NCBI GenBank assembly: GCA_965279325.1
Contig: OZ257154.1
Location: 3,649,340-3,713,339, forward strand
Length of the DNA stretch: 64,000 nt
Reading direction: 5' to 3'
Source of the DNA: Burkholderiales bacterium
GTDB taxonomy: Bacteria; Pseudomonadota; Gammaproteobacteria; Burkholderiales; Ga0077523
Shown: positions 18,249 through 27,587 of the stretch, in pieces
How the letters are laid out: the number at the start of each line of letters is the position of its first letter
Numbering within the stretch: position 1 is the stretch's first letter
Made by a program: the position numbers and the translations under genes
The notes under the pieces: model-generated
Database searches by the model: none
What the model was told of the DNA's origin: nothing
The model's input: only the letters and a program-made list of their open reading frames with translations

Positions 18249-19118
18249 TCAGGCGGCGCTCGCGGCACTCCGCACCAGGCAAAAATCGTATCGCGCTTCA
18301 TGAAACGGTGTCGCGGACGTGCTGCCGTCCGGCGCCGGTCCGGCGGGACGCGCCTCGAACGGCACCACCAGTGAATCCTTGACGCCGAACACCGCGTCGG
18401 AACCTAGGTACGGATCGCCCTTCACGAAGACGTGGGTGGTCACCGTGTCGTAACCCGGCGCCGAGACGATGGTGTGCACGTGCGCCGGCCGGTATGGGTG
18501 CCGCCCCATGCCCAGGAGCATTTGCCCGACCGGACCATCGGTGGGGATCGGATAGCTCACGGGCTTGATGGTGCGGAAACCGTAACGGCCTTCCGCGTCG
18601 GTGACGAGCTTGCCACGCGCGTACACGGCACCGGGGCGCTGCACGTCGTAGAAACCTTCCGAGTCGTTCTGCCACACGTCGAGCTGCGCGCCGGCGATCG
18701 GCTTGCCATCGACGTCGAGCACGCGGCCGTGGACGTAGGTCGGCGATCCCGACAGGCCTTTCGCGATGTCGGTCCACATCGGGAGGTTGCTGGAGCCCGG
18801 GACGTAGAATGGCCCGAGCACCGTGGTTTCCGTTGCGCCACCCGGCTTGCGGTGATTGATGGCGTCCACCAGCATCGATACGCCGAGCGTGTCGGACAGC
18901 AGGATGTACTCCTGGCGCTTGTCGTCGCACTTCTGGCCGGTGGCGGTGAGAAACCGGATGCCGGCGAACCACTCGGCCTCGGTCAGTTCGGTCTCGCGCA
19001 CGAAGGCGTGCAGATGCTTCACGAGGCTCGTCATGATCGCCTTGAAGCGCGGATCGGTGGTGTCCTCGATCCTCGCGAGGACCGCGTCGGTGAGCGTGTG
19101 TTCCAGCGAACTTCCCAT
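18249..19118 (-). CDS. intradiol ring-cleavage dioxygenase, hydroxyquinol 1,2-dioxygenase-like (PnpG/HapG-type)
   Basis: ORF track 18249..19262, trimmed to MGSSLEH at 19118. Blocks LSDTLGVSMLVD, GPFY, DVWQNDSEGFYD and RHPYRPAHVH are typical of catechol/hydroxyquinol 1,2-dioxygenases. Confidence 0.85.
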   Translation of the reverse strand: MGSSLEHTLTDAVLARIEDTTDPRFKAIMTSLVKHLHAFVRETELTEAEWFAGIRFLTATGQKCDDKRQEYILLSDTLGVSMLVDAINHRKPGGATETTVLGPFYVPGSSNLPMWTDIAKGLSGSPTYVHGRVLDVDGKPIAGAQLDVWQNDSEGFYDVQRPGAVYARGKLVTDAEGRYGFRTIKPVSYPIPTDGPVGQMLLGMGRHPYRPAHVHTIVSAPGYDTVTTHVFVKGDPYLGSDAVFGVKDSLVVPFEARPAGPAPDGSTSATPFHEARYDFCLVRSAASAA

Positions 19119-19153
19119 GGCGATGGCTCCGGATCCAGGTGGGCGTGCGCCCG

Positions 19154-19540
19154 TCACTTCAACGATTGGAGATAGAGGATCAGCTTGGCGCGGACCTTGG
19201 GCTCGTCCTGGAAGTAGACCATCTGTGCCTTGGGTGCTACGGCCAGCGTGTCGGTGAGCCATTGGTCGAGCAGCTCGGTGTCCCAGGTCTTGCCCTTGAG
19301 CGCTTCCTTGAGGCCGTCGGAATAGACGAAGCCCGGCGCGGCCGCTGCTTCGCGACCGATCAGCCCGAACAGGTTCGGTCCCTGGCCGTGCTTCTCACCC
19401 TTCTCGAACGTGTGGCACTGGCTGCATTGCTTGATGGTCAGGTCGCGCGCGGCCCCGAGGTCGTCGGCGGCCCGCAATGGCGTCACCGCGAACATTCCCG
19501 CACAGACCGCGGCCGCTGCAATGTGTTTCAACGTCACCAT
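19154..19540 (-). CDS. class I c-type cytochrome (cytochrome c2-like), periplasmic
   Basis: Trimmed to MVTLKH at 19540, with GGAGAC upstream. Signal peptide. Heme motif CSQCH followed by TFEKGEKHGQGPNLFG. Distal Met in KAQMVY. Confidence 0.85.
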   Translation of the reverse strand: MVTLKHIAAAAVCAGMFAVTPLRAADDLGAARDLTIKQCSQCHTFEKGEKHGQGPNLFGLIGREAAAAPGFVYSDGLKEALKGKTWDTELLDQWLTDTLAVAPKAQMVYFQDEPKVRAKLILYLQSLK

Positions 19541-19604
19541 GATCGTCTCCAGAAACGTGATGGCTGCAGGCGGGAACCGGCGAACCGGTTCCCGCGTTCT
19601 CGCT

Positions 19605-21329
19605 TCAGCCGCGGACGGGCTCCTTGTTGGCTGCATTCGCTGCGCGATACGCGAACCCGATGATGGGGCCGAGCGTGCCGCCGCCCGCCCAGTAGGCTCT
19701 TCCCGAGGCGGATGCCACGCAGTTGCCGACCCCGTAGAGGCCGGGGATCGGCTGATCAGCCACGTCCAGCACCTGTCCCTCGGGATTGGTCTTCGGCCCG
19801 CCCTTGGTGTCGAGCGTACCGCCGGTGACGAAGGCCGCGTAGTAAGGTCCCTGGTCGCTCAGCGGCCACATGGTCGGATTCTTCCGACCCGGCTCTTCCT
19901 TCACGTTGCCGTTGAAGAGCAGGTCGACGCCACGCTCGCCGCGATGGAAGTCCGCATCCTTGCCGGCCTTGGCGAACTCGTTGTAACGCTTGATCGTCGC
20001 CTTGAGGTTCTGCACGTAGTCCTTCGAGATGCGCATGCCACCGTTCTGGCCGGCGTACTTCTGCAGGCGGGCGTCGATGCTCGCGGCCAGTTCCTCCAGG
20101 GTCGCGCCCTTGATGACGTGGCGATCGTCGGAGCCCGGCGGAACGATGAGCCGGCCGTACTCGTGGCTCGCGGAATTGTCCTGCGCCCGCTGGTCCCAGA
20201 TGGAGGCCAGGATCAGGTAGGGAAACTCGGCGTTCGCGCCGTCCCATTCGAAGAACTTCTGGGCCAGCTCGTTGTAGTGGAGCTTCTCGTTGACCACGCG
20301 CTTGCCGTTCTTGTCGACGAAGATCATCGAATCGCCGGCCACCGAGAAGCAGCCGATCATCGACGGATCCTTGGCGATCGCCTTCTCGAACGAGATGGGG
20401 CACATCCACGCGTAGTTCATGTTGCGCAACTGCACGCCGAGCGTGCTCGAGATGCGGATGAAGTCGCCCTCGTTGGTCATGGCCGCGCAGCCGCCGTAGG
20501 CCGGGATCGAGAGGAAGTTCTTCCGCAGTTCCACGTCGTGGGTGAAGCCGCCGGTCGCGAAGATCACCGCCTTGCGCGCCTTGACCCGGTAGACGCCGTC
20601 GTCGTTGGATGCCTCGACGCCGATGACCTCGCGCTTGTCGTTGAGGATCACCTTCTGCACGCGATGGCTCATCTTGATGGTCACGCCGTCGCGGCGACAC
20701 GCGGTCGAAAGCGTGCGCGTGGCGACCTGACCGCCGTCGGACATGGACGGCGCGCCGTCCTTGGGGAAGAGCACGCGACCCGTGGCGCCGATGGTCTCCA
20801 TCTCCGCGAAATAGTCCGGCACCGGTGCGACGTGCCGGTACGGCAGAGCACCCTTCTCCGCCAGCAGTTCCGTGCCCACCGACGAGCTGTCGTAGATCGC
20901 CTCGCACATGCTGAACTCCCACTCCGAGAGGCCGTAGCGCGGATGGTTCGGATCGAAGAACTGGGGCTGCGACAGCCGCGCCACGTACTTCATGAAATGT
21001 TCCTTCGAATCCGGAATGCCCGCTTTCTGCATCGCGGCGTTGTTGGGCACCCAGTACCAGTAGGCGGCCTTGAACGAAGTGCCGCCGAGCGTGGCGGCTT
21101 TCTCCAGGACCATCACCTTGTTGCCGAGCCAGCGCGAGAACAGCGCTGCCGGCAATCCGGCGCCGCCGCCGCCACACACCACGACGTCTACCTCCGCGTC
21201 GAACGAAGCCGCCTGGGCCTCCTTCGCATCGAGCATGACCGTACCGAATGTGGCCGCGGCCGTGCCGGCGGTGGCCGCCTTCAGGAATCCGCGCCGCGAC
21301 TTGTCTGCCTTGCCTTGTTCATTGGACAT
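19605..21329 (-). CDS. Tat-exported FAD-dependent oxidoreductase (fumarate reductase / KstD-like FAD_binding_2 family)
   Basis: Trimmed to MSNEQGK at 21329, with GGGGAGA upstream. Twin-arginine signal SRRGFLKAATAG. Dinucleotide fold DVVVCGGGGAGL..LEKAATLGGTS. C-terminal GLYGVGNC block. Confidence 0.8.
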   Translation of the reverse strand: MSNEQGKADKSRRGFLKAATAGTAAATFGTVMLDAKEAQAASFDAEVDVVVCGGGGAGLPAALFSRWLGNKVMVLEKAATLGGTSFKAAYWYWVPNNAAMQKAGIPDSKEHFMKYVARLSQPQFFDPNHPRYGLSEWEFSMCEAIYDSSSVGTELLAEKGALPYRHVAPVPDYFAEMETIGATGRVLFPKDGAPSMSDGGQVATRTLSTACRRDGVTIKMSHRVQKVILNDKREVIGVEASNDDGVYRVKARKAVIFATGGFTHDVELRKNFLSIPAYGGCAAMTNEGDFIRISSTLGVQLRNMNYAWMCPISFEKAIAKDPSMIGCFSVAGDSMIFVDKNGKRVVNEKLHYNELAQKFFEWDGANAEFPYLILASIWDQRAQDNSASHEYGRLIVPPGSDDRHVIKGATLEELAASIDARLQKYAGQNGGMRISKDYVQNLKATIKRYNEFAKAGKDADFHRGERGVDLLFNGNVKEEPGRKNPTMWPLSDQGPYYAAFVTGGTLDTKGGPKTNPEGQVLDVADQPIPGLYGVGNCVASASGRAYWAGGGTLGPIIGFAYRAANAANKEPVRG

Positions 21330-21472
21330 GATGGTTCTCCCCTCGTGACTGTTGGTCGGAACTTCGACTCCGATGGAGCGACTCTCGAACCCGGGCACTG
21401 CGCCGGGCCAACCTTTCTGCGAACGCGGCCTTCTTTTGGGAACCCCAGGGTTCCTCCCGGGCCGCTGGGAAC

Positions 21473-22675
21473 TCAGACTCTTTCCAGCACTGCCGCGATA
21501 CCCTGCCCGACACCGATGCACATCGTGGTGAGCGCGTAGCGGAGCTTCCTCTGCTGCGTTTCGTGTACGGCGGTCGCCACCAGGCGCGCGCCGCTCATGC
21601 CGAGCGGGTGACCGAGCGCGATGGCGCCGCCATTGGGATTCACCCTTGCGTCGTCGTCAGCGATGCCCAGTTGCCGGAGCACGGCGAGACCCTGGGCGGC
21701 GAACGCCTCGTTCAACTCGATCACGTCGAGTTGTTCCTGCTTCATGGAAAGGCGCGCGAACAGCCTCTGCGCCGCGGGCACGGGCCCGATCCCCATGATG
21801 CGCGGCGCACAACCGGCGGTGGCGACACCCACTACCCGCGCGAGCGGCGTGAGGCCGTGTTTCCTCGCGGCTGCCTCGCTCGCGAGAATCAGCGCGCAGG
21901 CCCCGTCGTTGACGCCGGAGGCGTTGCCTGCGGTCACGGTGCCGTCCGGCTTGACGATGGGCTTCAGCTTCGCCAGCGCTTCGAGCGTGGTTTCGCGCGG
22001 ATGCTCGTCCTGGCTTACGACGATCGGATCGCCCTTCTTCGCCGGGATCGTCACCGGAACAATCTCGAGCGCCAGCCGTCCGCTCTTCTGTGCCGCGGCC
22101 GCGCGCGCTTGCGAACGCAATCCGAATGCGTCCTGGTCGGCACGCGAGACGCCGAAATCGGCGGCAACGTTCTCCGCCGTCTCCGGCATCGAATCCACGC
22201 CGTAGAGCTGCTTCATCACCGGGTTCACGAAACGCCAGCCGATGGTGGTGTCGTAGACCGCGTTGCTGCGCGAGAAGGCCGAATCGGCCTTCGGCATGAC
22301 AAATGGCGCGCGCGACATGCTCTCGACGCCGCCCGCGATCATCAGCTCGGCTTCGCCGGACTTGATGGCGCGCGCCGCGATGCCGACGGCGTCCATGCCT
22401 GAACCGCACAGGCGGTTGATGGTGCTGCCGGGAATCTCCTTCGGCAGTCCCGCGAGCAGCAATGCCATGCGCGCGACGTTGCGGTTGTCTTCGCCGGCCT
22501 GGTTGGCGCAACCGAACACCACGTCGTCGACGGCGCTCCAGTCGACGCCCGTGTTCCGCTCCATCAGCGCCTTGAGCGGCAGGGCACCGAGGTCGTCCGG
22601 ACGCACGGACGAAAGCGCGCCGCCGTAGCGGCCGATGGGCGTGCGCAACGCAGCGCAGATGAAGGCTTCAGGCAT
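21473..22675 (-). CDS. pcaF: 3-oxoadipyl-CoA thiolase / acetyl-CoA C-acyltransferase
   Basis: MPEAFICAALRTPIGRYGG, NRLCGSGMDA (active-site Cys), NEAFAAQ, GGAIALGHPLGMSGARL and MCIGVGQGIA. Context with pcaIJ. Confidence 0.9.
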   Translation of the reverse strand: MPEAFICAALRTPIGRYGGALSSVRPDDLGALPLKALMERNTGVDWSAVDDVVFGCANQAGEDNRNVARMALLLAGLPKEIPGSTINRLCGSGMDAVGIAARAIKSGEAELMIAGGVESMSRAPFVMPKADSAFSRSNAVYDTTIGWRFVNPVMKQLYGVDSMPETAENVAADFGVSRADQDAFGLRSQARAAAAQKSGRLALEIVPVTIPAKKGDPIVVSQDEHPRETTLEALAKLKPIVKPDGTVTAGNASGVNDGACALILASEAAARKHGLTPLARVVGVATAGCAPRIMGIGPVPAAQRLFARLSMKQEQLDVIELNEAFAAQGLAVLRQLGIADDDARVNPNGGAIALGHPLGMSGARLVATAVHETQQRKLRYALTTMCIGVGQGIAAVLERV

Positions 22676-22678
22676 GGT

Positions 22679-23692
22679 TCAGTCCTTGGGTGATTCGCGC
22701 AGCACCAGGCGGCGTTGCACGGGGAAGAAATGCAGGTCGAAGCGCTGGGAGACATAGCCCCAGAGCCCGCGGGGAAACTTGATGGTGACCACGATCGCGA
22801 GCAGACCGAGGCCCACCAGATACCAGGTGCCGTACTCGGAGAAGTACTTGTTCAGCAGCCAGAACAGGATCACCCCGACGATGGGACCTTCGATGGTGCC
22901 GATGCCGCCGATCATCACGATGAAGATGGTGAAGGCCGTCCAGTTCACGGCGAAGGCAGCGTCGGGCGAGATGCGCAGGTTGCCCAGGAAGTACAACGCA
23001 CCGGCCAGCCCGGCACCGAAGGCCGCGACGACGTAGACGCCCAGTTTCGTGGCCCGCACGTTCACGCCCTGGCTTTCCGAGGCGACTTCGCTGTCCCGGA
23101 TGGCGAGCAATGCGAGCCCCTGTCGCGACCGCAGGAACCAGTACACGAGAGCAACCGAGGCAACGGCCGACACGAGGCAGAGCCAGAACGTGATCGACAC
23201 GCGCGTCGACTTCTCGATGCCTCGCAGCGCCGTGAGGCTGGTCCCGGATCCGCCGCCCACGGCGGAGACGTTCGCGATCGACAACCGGAACACCTCGGCG
23301 ATCACCCAGGTGCCGATGGCGAAGTAACCGCCCTGGAGGCGGAAGGCGATCTTCGATACCGGGATCGCCACGAGCATCGTGACCACCGCGGCGATGGGCA
23401 CGGCGACGAAGGGGTTCACGCCCATGAAGTTGCCCATCACCAGCAGGGCGTACCCACCGAGCCCGAGGAAGGCCTGCTGCCCGATGGACACCATGCCGCC
23501 ATAGCCGGCGAGCAGGTTCCACATCATGGCGAAGATGAGGTAACAGGCCATCTCGTTGAATTCGCGCATCCAACCGTGATCGGCCCACCAGGGAAAGCTC
23601 GCGAGGAACGCGACCAGGAGGGCCGCGAACAAGGCACCCGCACGGCTCGCGCGCGTGGCCCGGGAAACGTCGAAGGCGATCGCGGAGGTCAT
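22679..23692 (-). CDS. ABC transporter permease, LivM-type
   Basis: C-terminal part of ORF 22679..24607, starting at MTSAIAF (ATG 23692), which overlaps the upstream TGA (ATGA). NLLAGYGGMVSIGQQAF block. Multi-TM. Confidence 0.85.
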   Translation of the reverse strand: MTSAIAFDVSRATRASRAGALFAALLVAFLASFPWWADHGWMREFNEMACYLIFAMMWNLLAGYGGMVSIGQQAFLGLGGYALLVMGNFMGVNPFVAVPIAAVVTMLVAIPVSKIAFRLQGGYFAIGTWVIAEVFRLSIANVSAVGGGSGTSLTALRGIEKSTRVSITFWLCLVSAVASVALVYWFLRSRQGLALLAIRDSEVASESQGVNVRATKLGVYVVAAFGAGLAGALYFLGNLRISPDAAFAVNWTAFTIFIVMIGGIGTIEGPIVGVILFWLLNKYFSEYGTWYLVGLGLLAIVVTIKFPRGLWGYVSQRFDLHFFPVQRRLVLRESPKD

Positions 23693-24567
23693 CGTGTCTT
23701 GGGGAACAGTCCCGAGGGCCGGAACAGCAGCATCGCGAGGAACACTACGTGTCCCGCCCAGATGCCCCAGCCCGGATCGAGGCGGAAGCCGATCGCCTGG
23801 GTGATCCCGAGAATCACGCCGCCAGCTAGCGTGCCGTAGAACGAGCCCATGCCGCCGATGATCACCGCCTCGAACGCGTAGAGCAGCAGCGCCGGTCCGT
23901 CCGAAGGCGACACGGTGGTCTTCATGCCGTGCAGCGTTCCGGCGATGGCGACGAGCGCGAACGCGATGCCGGTCGCGAGCGCGTAGACATGGCGATGATC
24001 GAGGCCCATCAGCTCTGCCGCGTCCTTGTCGTCGCTCACCGCGCGAAACGCGCGTCCGATGGCGGTGCGGTCGAACAGCCACTGCATGCCGACCGCCATC
24101 GCCACGGCGATGAAGAAGATGAGCAATGGCAACGTGCCTACGGCGAGGCCTTCGGTCACCTGCACGCTGGCGACGTTGAGTCCCCCCGATTCGATGGAAC
24201 GCGGATCGGCGCTGTAGACCTCCTGCAGCACGTTCTGGATGACGATCGCCAGGCCGAAGGTCACGACCAGCGACGGCAGGGGATCCCGGGCGAGCGTGCG
24301 ATTCAGCACGAGGCGCTGCAGGCCATAGCCTGCGCCGAAGGCGATGGGCAGCAACAGGCTCATGGCGACCCACGGCGCGGCGGCGGGCGGCAGGCCGATG
24401 GCGAGCACCAGCGAGAACGCACCGAACGAAGCGAGGATGATGAAATCGCCGTGCGCGGTGTTGGTGAGCCGCATCACCCCGAAGATGAGCGACTGGCCCA
24501 TGGCGAACAGCGCGTACAGTCCACCGAGGAGGATGCCCTGGACGAGGGTGTCGATCCAGCCGCTCAT
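23689..24567 (-). CDS. ABC transporter permease, LivH-type
   Basis: ORF track 23689..24591, probable start MSGWIDTLVQGILLGGLYALFAMG at 24567. Multi-TM. Confidence 0.85.
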   Translation of the reverse strand: MSGWIDTLVQGILLGGLYALFAMGQSLIFGVMRLTNTAHGDFIILASFGAFSLVLAIGLPPAAAPWVAMSLLLPIAFGAGYGLQRLVLNRTLARDPLPSLVVTFGLAIVIQNVLQEVYSADPRSIESGGLNVASVQVTEGLAVGTLPLLIFFIAVAMAVGMQWLFDRTAIGRAFRAVSDDKDAAELMGLDHRHVYALATGIAFALVAIAGTLHGMKTTVSPSDGPALLLYAFEAVIIGGMGSFYGTLAGGVILGITQAIGFRLDPGWGIWAGHVVFLAMLLFRPSGLFPKTR

Positions 24568-24590
24568 GGGTACGCTCGTACGGAACCGCA

Positions 24591-24685
24591 TTCAACACGA
24601 AGGACACGAAGGACGCGAAGGGAAGCCGACGAACAGCGGTGTGCCGTGGTTGTTCCTTCGCGTTCCTTCGTGCCCTTCGTGTTCA
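24591..24685. repeat. family-3 long imperfect hairpin repeat, copy b
   Basis: TTCAACACGAAGGACACGAAGGACGCGAAGGGAAGC ... GTTCCTTCGCGTTCCTTCGTGCCCTTCGTGTTCA. Lies in the 129-nt gap between the LivF-type stop and the LivH-type start. Confidence 0.85.
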
Positions 24686-24696
24686 TGCTTTTCGTC

Positions 24697-25401
24697 TTAC
24701 ACACCGAAGTACGCCTGCGAGATCTGCTCCCGCGTGAGCTCGCTCGATGGGCCCGTCAGCGTCACGCGCCCTTCCTGCAGGCAATACAGTCGGCTCGACA
24801 CGCGCTTGGCCACGCTCACGTCCTGCTCGACGATGATCACCGTGAGTCCGCCGGCGCACACGCTGGGCAGCGCGTCGTAGATCTCCTTGACCACGATGGG
24901 CGCCAGGCCGAGCGAGATCTCGTCGCAGATGAGCAGCTTCGGGTTGCTCATGAGCGCGCGGCCGATCGCGACCATCTGCTGCTGGCCGCCGGAGAGCGCG
25001 GTGCCGGGGTTGCCACGCTTCTCCTTCAGGATCGGGAAGAGGCTGTACACCGACTGGAGATTCCAGGGGCCCGGCCGCTTCGTGTACGCCCCCATGAGCA
25101 GGTTCTCCTCGACCGACAGGCTGGGAAACAGGCGCCGGCCTTCCGGCACGAGGGCCAGACCGCGCTGCACGATCCTGCCCGCGGGCATTCCTCCGATCGG
25201 TTCTCCTTCGAAGGTCACGGCGTCCGGCTTCGTTTTCAGCAGGCCCGAGACGGTCTTGAGGAACGTGGATTTGCCGGCGCCATTCGCGCCGATCATCGCC
25301 ACGATCTCGCCTTGCGAGATCTCGAAGTCGATCCCGAACAGCGCCTGGAAGTCGCCGTAGAAGCTCTGGAGGTTGCGGGTGGCGAGCACAGGCGTCGTCA
25401 C
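24697..25401 (-). CDS. ABC transporter ATP-binding protein, LivF-type
   Basis: Walker A GANGAGKST, signature SGGQQQM, Walker B LICDEIS. Confidence 0.9.
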   Translation of the reverse strand: MTTPVLATRNLQSFYGDFQALFGIDFEISQGEIVAMIGANGAGKSTFLKTVSGLLKTKPDAVTFEGEPIGGMPAGRIVQRGLALVPEGRRLFPSLSVEENLLMGAYTKRPGPWNLQSVYSLFPILKEKRGNPGTALSGGQQQMVAIGRALMSNPKLLICDEISLGLAPIVVKEIYDALPSVCAGGLTVIIVEQDVSVAKRVSSRLYCLQEGRVTLTGPSSELTREQISQAYFGV

Positions 25402-25402
25402 T

Positions 25403-26125
25403 TCAGACCTCCAGCCCCATATACACCCTTCGAACTTCGGGGTCGTTCATCACCGCGTCGGGTTCACCTTCCGCCAGCTTCTGACCGAAGTTGATGACGA
25501 ACAGCCGATCGGCCACGGCGAGCAGCGCATGGACCACGTGCTCGATCCAGATCATCGTTACGCCATCGGCCTTGATGCGCTTGATCTCGTCGACGAGCGC
25601 GTGGGCCTCGTGCTCGGTCAGTCCGCCGGCGATCTCGTCGAGCAGCAGCACCTTCGGTTTCGTCGCGAGCGCGCGGGCGAGCTCGAGCCGCTTGCGGTCC
25701 AGCAGCGTCAATCCGCCCGCCAGCTGATTGGCCTTGGACAGGAGTCCGGTCGCCCTCAGGATCTCCACCGCGTGCGCATAGGTATCCTTCTCGGGCAGTT
25801 GCGAACCGAAGGAAGCCGCGGCGACGAGGTTCTCGAATACGGTCATGGCGCCGAAGGGTTGGGGGATCTGGTACGAACGTCCGATCCCGAGGCGGCAGCG
25901 GCGGTGCGGCGGCTCACGGCTCACGTCGTTGCCCTCGAATGCAACGCGCCCGGCGTCCGCGCGCACGTCGCCGCTGATCAGGTTGAACAGGGTGGTCTTG
26001 CCCGCGCCGTTGGGGCCGAGGATGCCGAGCGTCTCGCCCTCGGTAACGGACAACGAGATGTCGTCGGTCACCTTGAGTGCGCCGTAGTTCTTGCTCACGC
26101 GATCGAGCGCGAGTATCGCGGCCAT
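25403..26125 (-). CDS. ABC transporter ATP-binding protein, LivG-type
   Basis: Walker A GPNGAGKTT, Walker B LLLDEIAGG. Confidence 0.9.
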   Translation of the reverse strand: MAAILALDRVSKNYGALKVTDDISLSVTEGETLGILGPNGAGKTTLFNLISGDVRADAGRVAFEGNDVSREPPHRRCRLGIGRSYQIPQPFGAMTVFENLVAAASFGSQLPEKDTYAHAVEILRATGLLSKANQLAGGLTLLDRKRLELARALATKPKVLLLDEIAGGLTEHEAHALVDEIKRIKADGVTMIWIEHVVHALLAVADRLFVINFGQKLAEGEPDAVMNDPEVRRVYMGLEV

Positions 26126-26181
26126 TGCTGTCTCCTCGGAGGTCGTGCAGTGTTGTTGTCGTTGTTCTGCAGTCGGCGTGT

Positions 26182-26225
26182 GGCCGCAAGGCGGCCCTGC
26201 GCGGCGTCTCGTCGGCGCCGCGCAG
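26182..26225 (-). other. two tandem stem-loops immediately 3' of the binding-protein gene (possible mRNA stabiliser or attenuator)
   Basis: GGCCGC-AAG-GCGGCC (26182-26196) and a perfect 10-bp stem CTGCGCGGCG / CGCCGCGCAG (26197-26225). Located 12 nt after the SBP stop at 26238, inside the operon. Confidence 0.4.
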
Positions 26226-26237
26226 CAGTGCTTCGCA

Positions 26238-27518
26238 CTACATCAGCTTCATCTTCCCGCCCGCGGGAATCGCCGGAGCCTGGGAGTTGTTGACGATGAC
26301 CAGGTCGTACTTGGTCTTGGTGCCCTTGACCCATTGGCCCAGCACCAGGGGCGTCTTGCTCACGTTCTTGAACGGCCCGCCGCCGCCCCACTTCACGTCG
26401 CCCACCACGGTCTTGAGGTTGGTCGCAGCGATCGCGTCGCGCAGCGATTCGGCATTGCCCGGATCCTTCGCGCGCTTCAGGGCGTCCACGGCCACTTCGA
26501 ACAGCGCATGGGCGAAGCCGATCGGCTGCGTCCACTGCTTCTTGGCGGTGGTCTCGTACGATTCCGCCAGGGCCTTGGCACTTTGTTTCGTGAGCGACGA
26601 CGTGAACGGATGCGATGGCGACCACCACACCTCGGTGGTCAGGCCGTCGCCCAGATCGCCGAGGGCTTCGATGGCTGCCGGGAACAGCAATGCCTTGCCG
26701 AGCGTGACCACCTTCGGCTTGAAGCCCTGCTGCTTCGCCTGGGTGAGGAAGGTCTTGGCATCGGGCGGGATCACCACGCCGGTGACGATCTCGACGTTGT
26801 CCTTCTTGAACGCCGCGATCTGTGCCGAGAAGTCGTTGTTCATGTTCTGGAACCGGCCGGGATCGGTCAGGCTGAATCCTTCCTTCGCGAGCGGGCCCGG
26901 GAAGCCGCGCTCCTTGTCACCCCAGGCGTTGCCGTCACCGTCGTTCGGGAACAGCCCGCCCACCTTCTTGTTGGTCTGCACCGAGTTCCAGCCCGCGAGG
27001 AAATTCGCGATGACGTCCTCGAGACCCCAGAAGATGTGATACGTCCAGTCGAAGCCCTTGGCGGGATCGCCCTTGCGGCCGAAGAACCAGGGTTGCCAGG
27101 GCACGACCGTGGAGATGCACGGGATCTCGTTCAGTTCGCAGGCGTCCGACACCGGGTTCGCGGTTTCGGGCGTGGACGACACGAGCATCAGGGTGACCTT
27201 GTCCTTGAGGATGAGGTCGTTGGCGACTTCGCCCGCACGGTTCGGATTGGACTGGCTGTCCTTCTGGATGATCTTCACCGGCACCTTCTTGCCGCCCAGG
27301 TCGATGCCGCCTGCGAACAGCTTGTTCATCTGTTCGATCGTGAACTTGTCGGCCTCGCCGAACGGTGCGAGCGGCCCGGTCTGCGGCGAAACGAAGCCGA
27401 TCTTGATCTCCTTCACGTCCGCGAACACCAGCGACGGCATGCCGAGGATCGCGGCGCCGGCGGCGGCACCACCGGCCTGGATCAGCGCACGACGGCGCTG
27501 GAAGCGTGGGTTGCTCAT
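26238..27518 (-). CDS. ABC transporter substrate-binding protein, LivK family, with Tat-like signal
   Basis: N-terminus MSNPRFQRRRALIQAGGAAAGAAILGMPSLVFA. IKIGFVSPQTGPLAPFG block typical of the family. GGAGGAG upstream. Confidence 0.85.
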   Translation of the reverse strand: MSNPRFQRRRALIQAGGAAAGAAILGMPSLVFADVKEIKIGFVSPQTGPLAPFGEADKFTIEQMNKLFAGGIDLGGKKVPVKIIQKDSQSNPNRAGEVANDLILKDKVTLMLVSSTPETANPVSDACELNEIPCISTVVPWQPWFFGRKGDPAKGFDWTYHIFWGLEDVIANFLAGWNSVQTNKKVGGLFPNDGDGNAWGDKERGFPGPLAKEGFSLTDPGRFQNMNNDFSAQIAAFKKDNVEIVTGVVIPPDAKTFLTQAKQQGFKPKVVTLGKALLFPAAIEALGDLGDGLTTEVWWSPSHPFTSSLTKQSAKALAESYETTAKKQWTQPIGFAHALFEVAVDALKRAKDPGNAESLRDAIAATNLKTVVGDVKWGGGGPFKNVSKTPLVLGQWVKGTKTKYDLVIVNNSQAPAIPAGGKMKLM

Positions 27519-27587
27519 GTCTGTTGCTCCTCCATGTTTTGACTGCTTGGGTTGCTGTGGCGTGGCGTTGTTTCTTCCGCGCGGATG

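Noticed and set aside
22679-24607. A 642-aa ORF that looks like a fused double permease. The 619-aa ORF 54918..56777 and the 648-aa ORF 40804..42750 are similar cases.
   Set aside because: Only the 3' parts carry family motifs (LivM-type, 2-hydroxyacid dehydrogenase, ChaC). The 5' parts run out of frame or antisense through neighbouring real genes (LivH-type in 23689..24567, the aminotransferase, the CBS enzyme). Internal starts with SD sequences or stop/start overlaps explain the data.
26238-27518. The Tat-like signal (QRRRALIQAGG) on the Liv-type binding protein, considered as something unusual.
   Set aside because: The motif is only a partial match to S/T-R-R-x-F-L-K. Such N-termini are, to my recollection, frequent on this binding-protein family in related bacteria, so it does not merit a finding on sequence alone.
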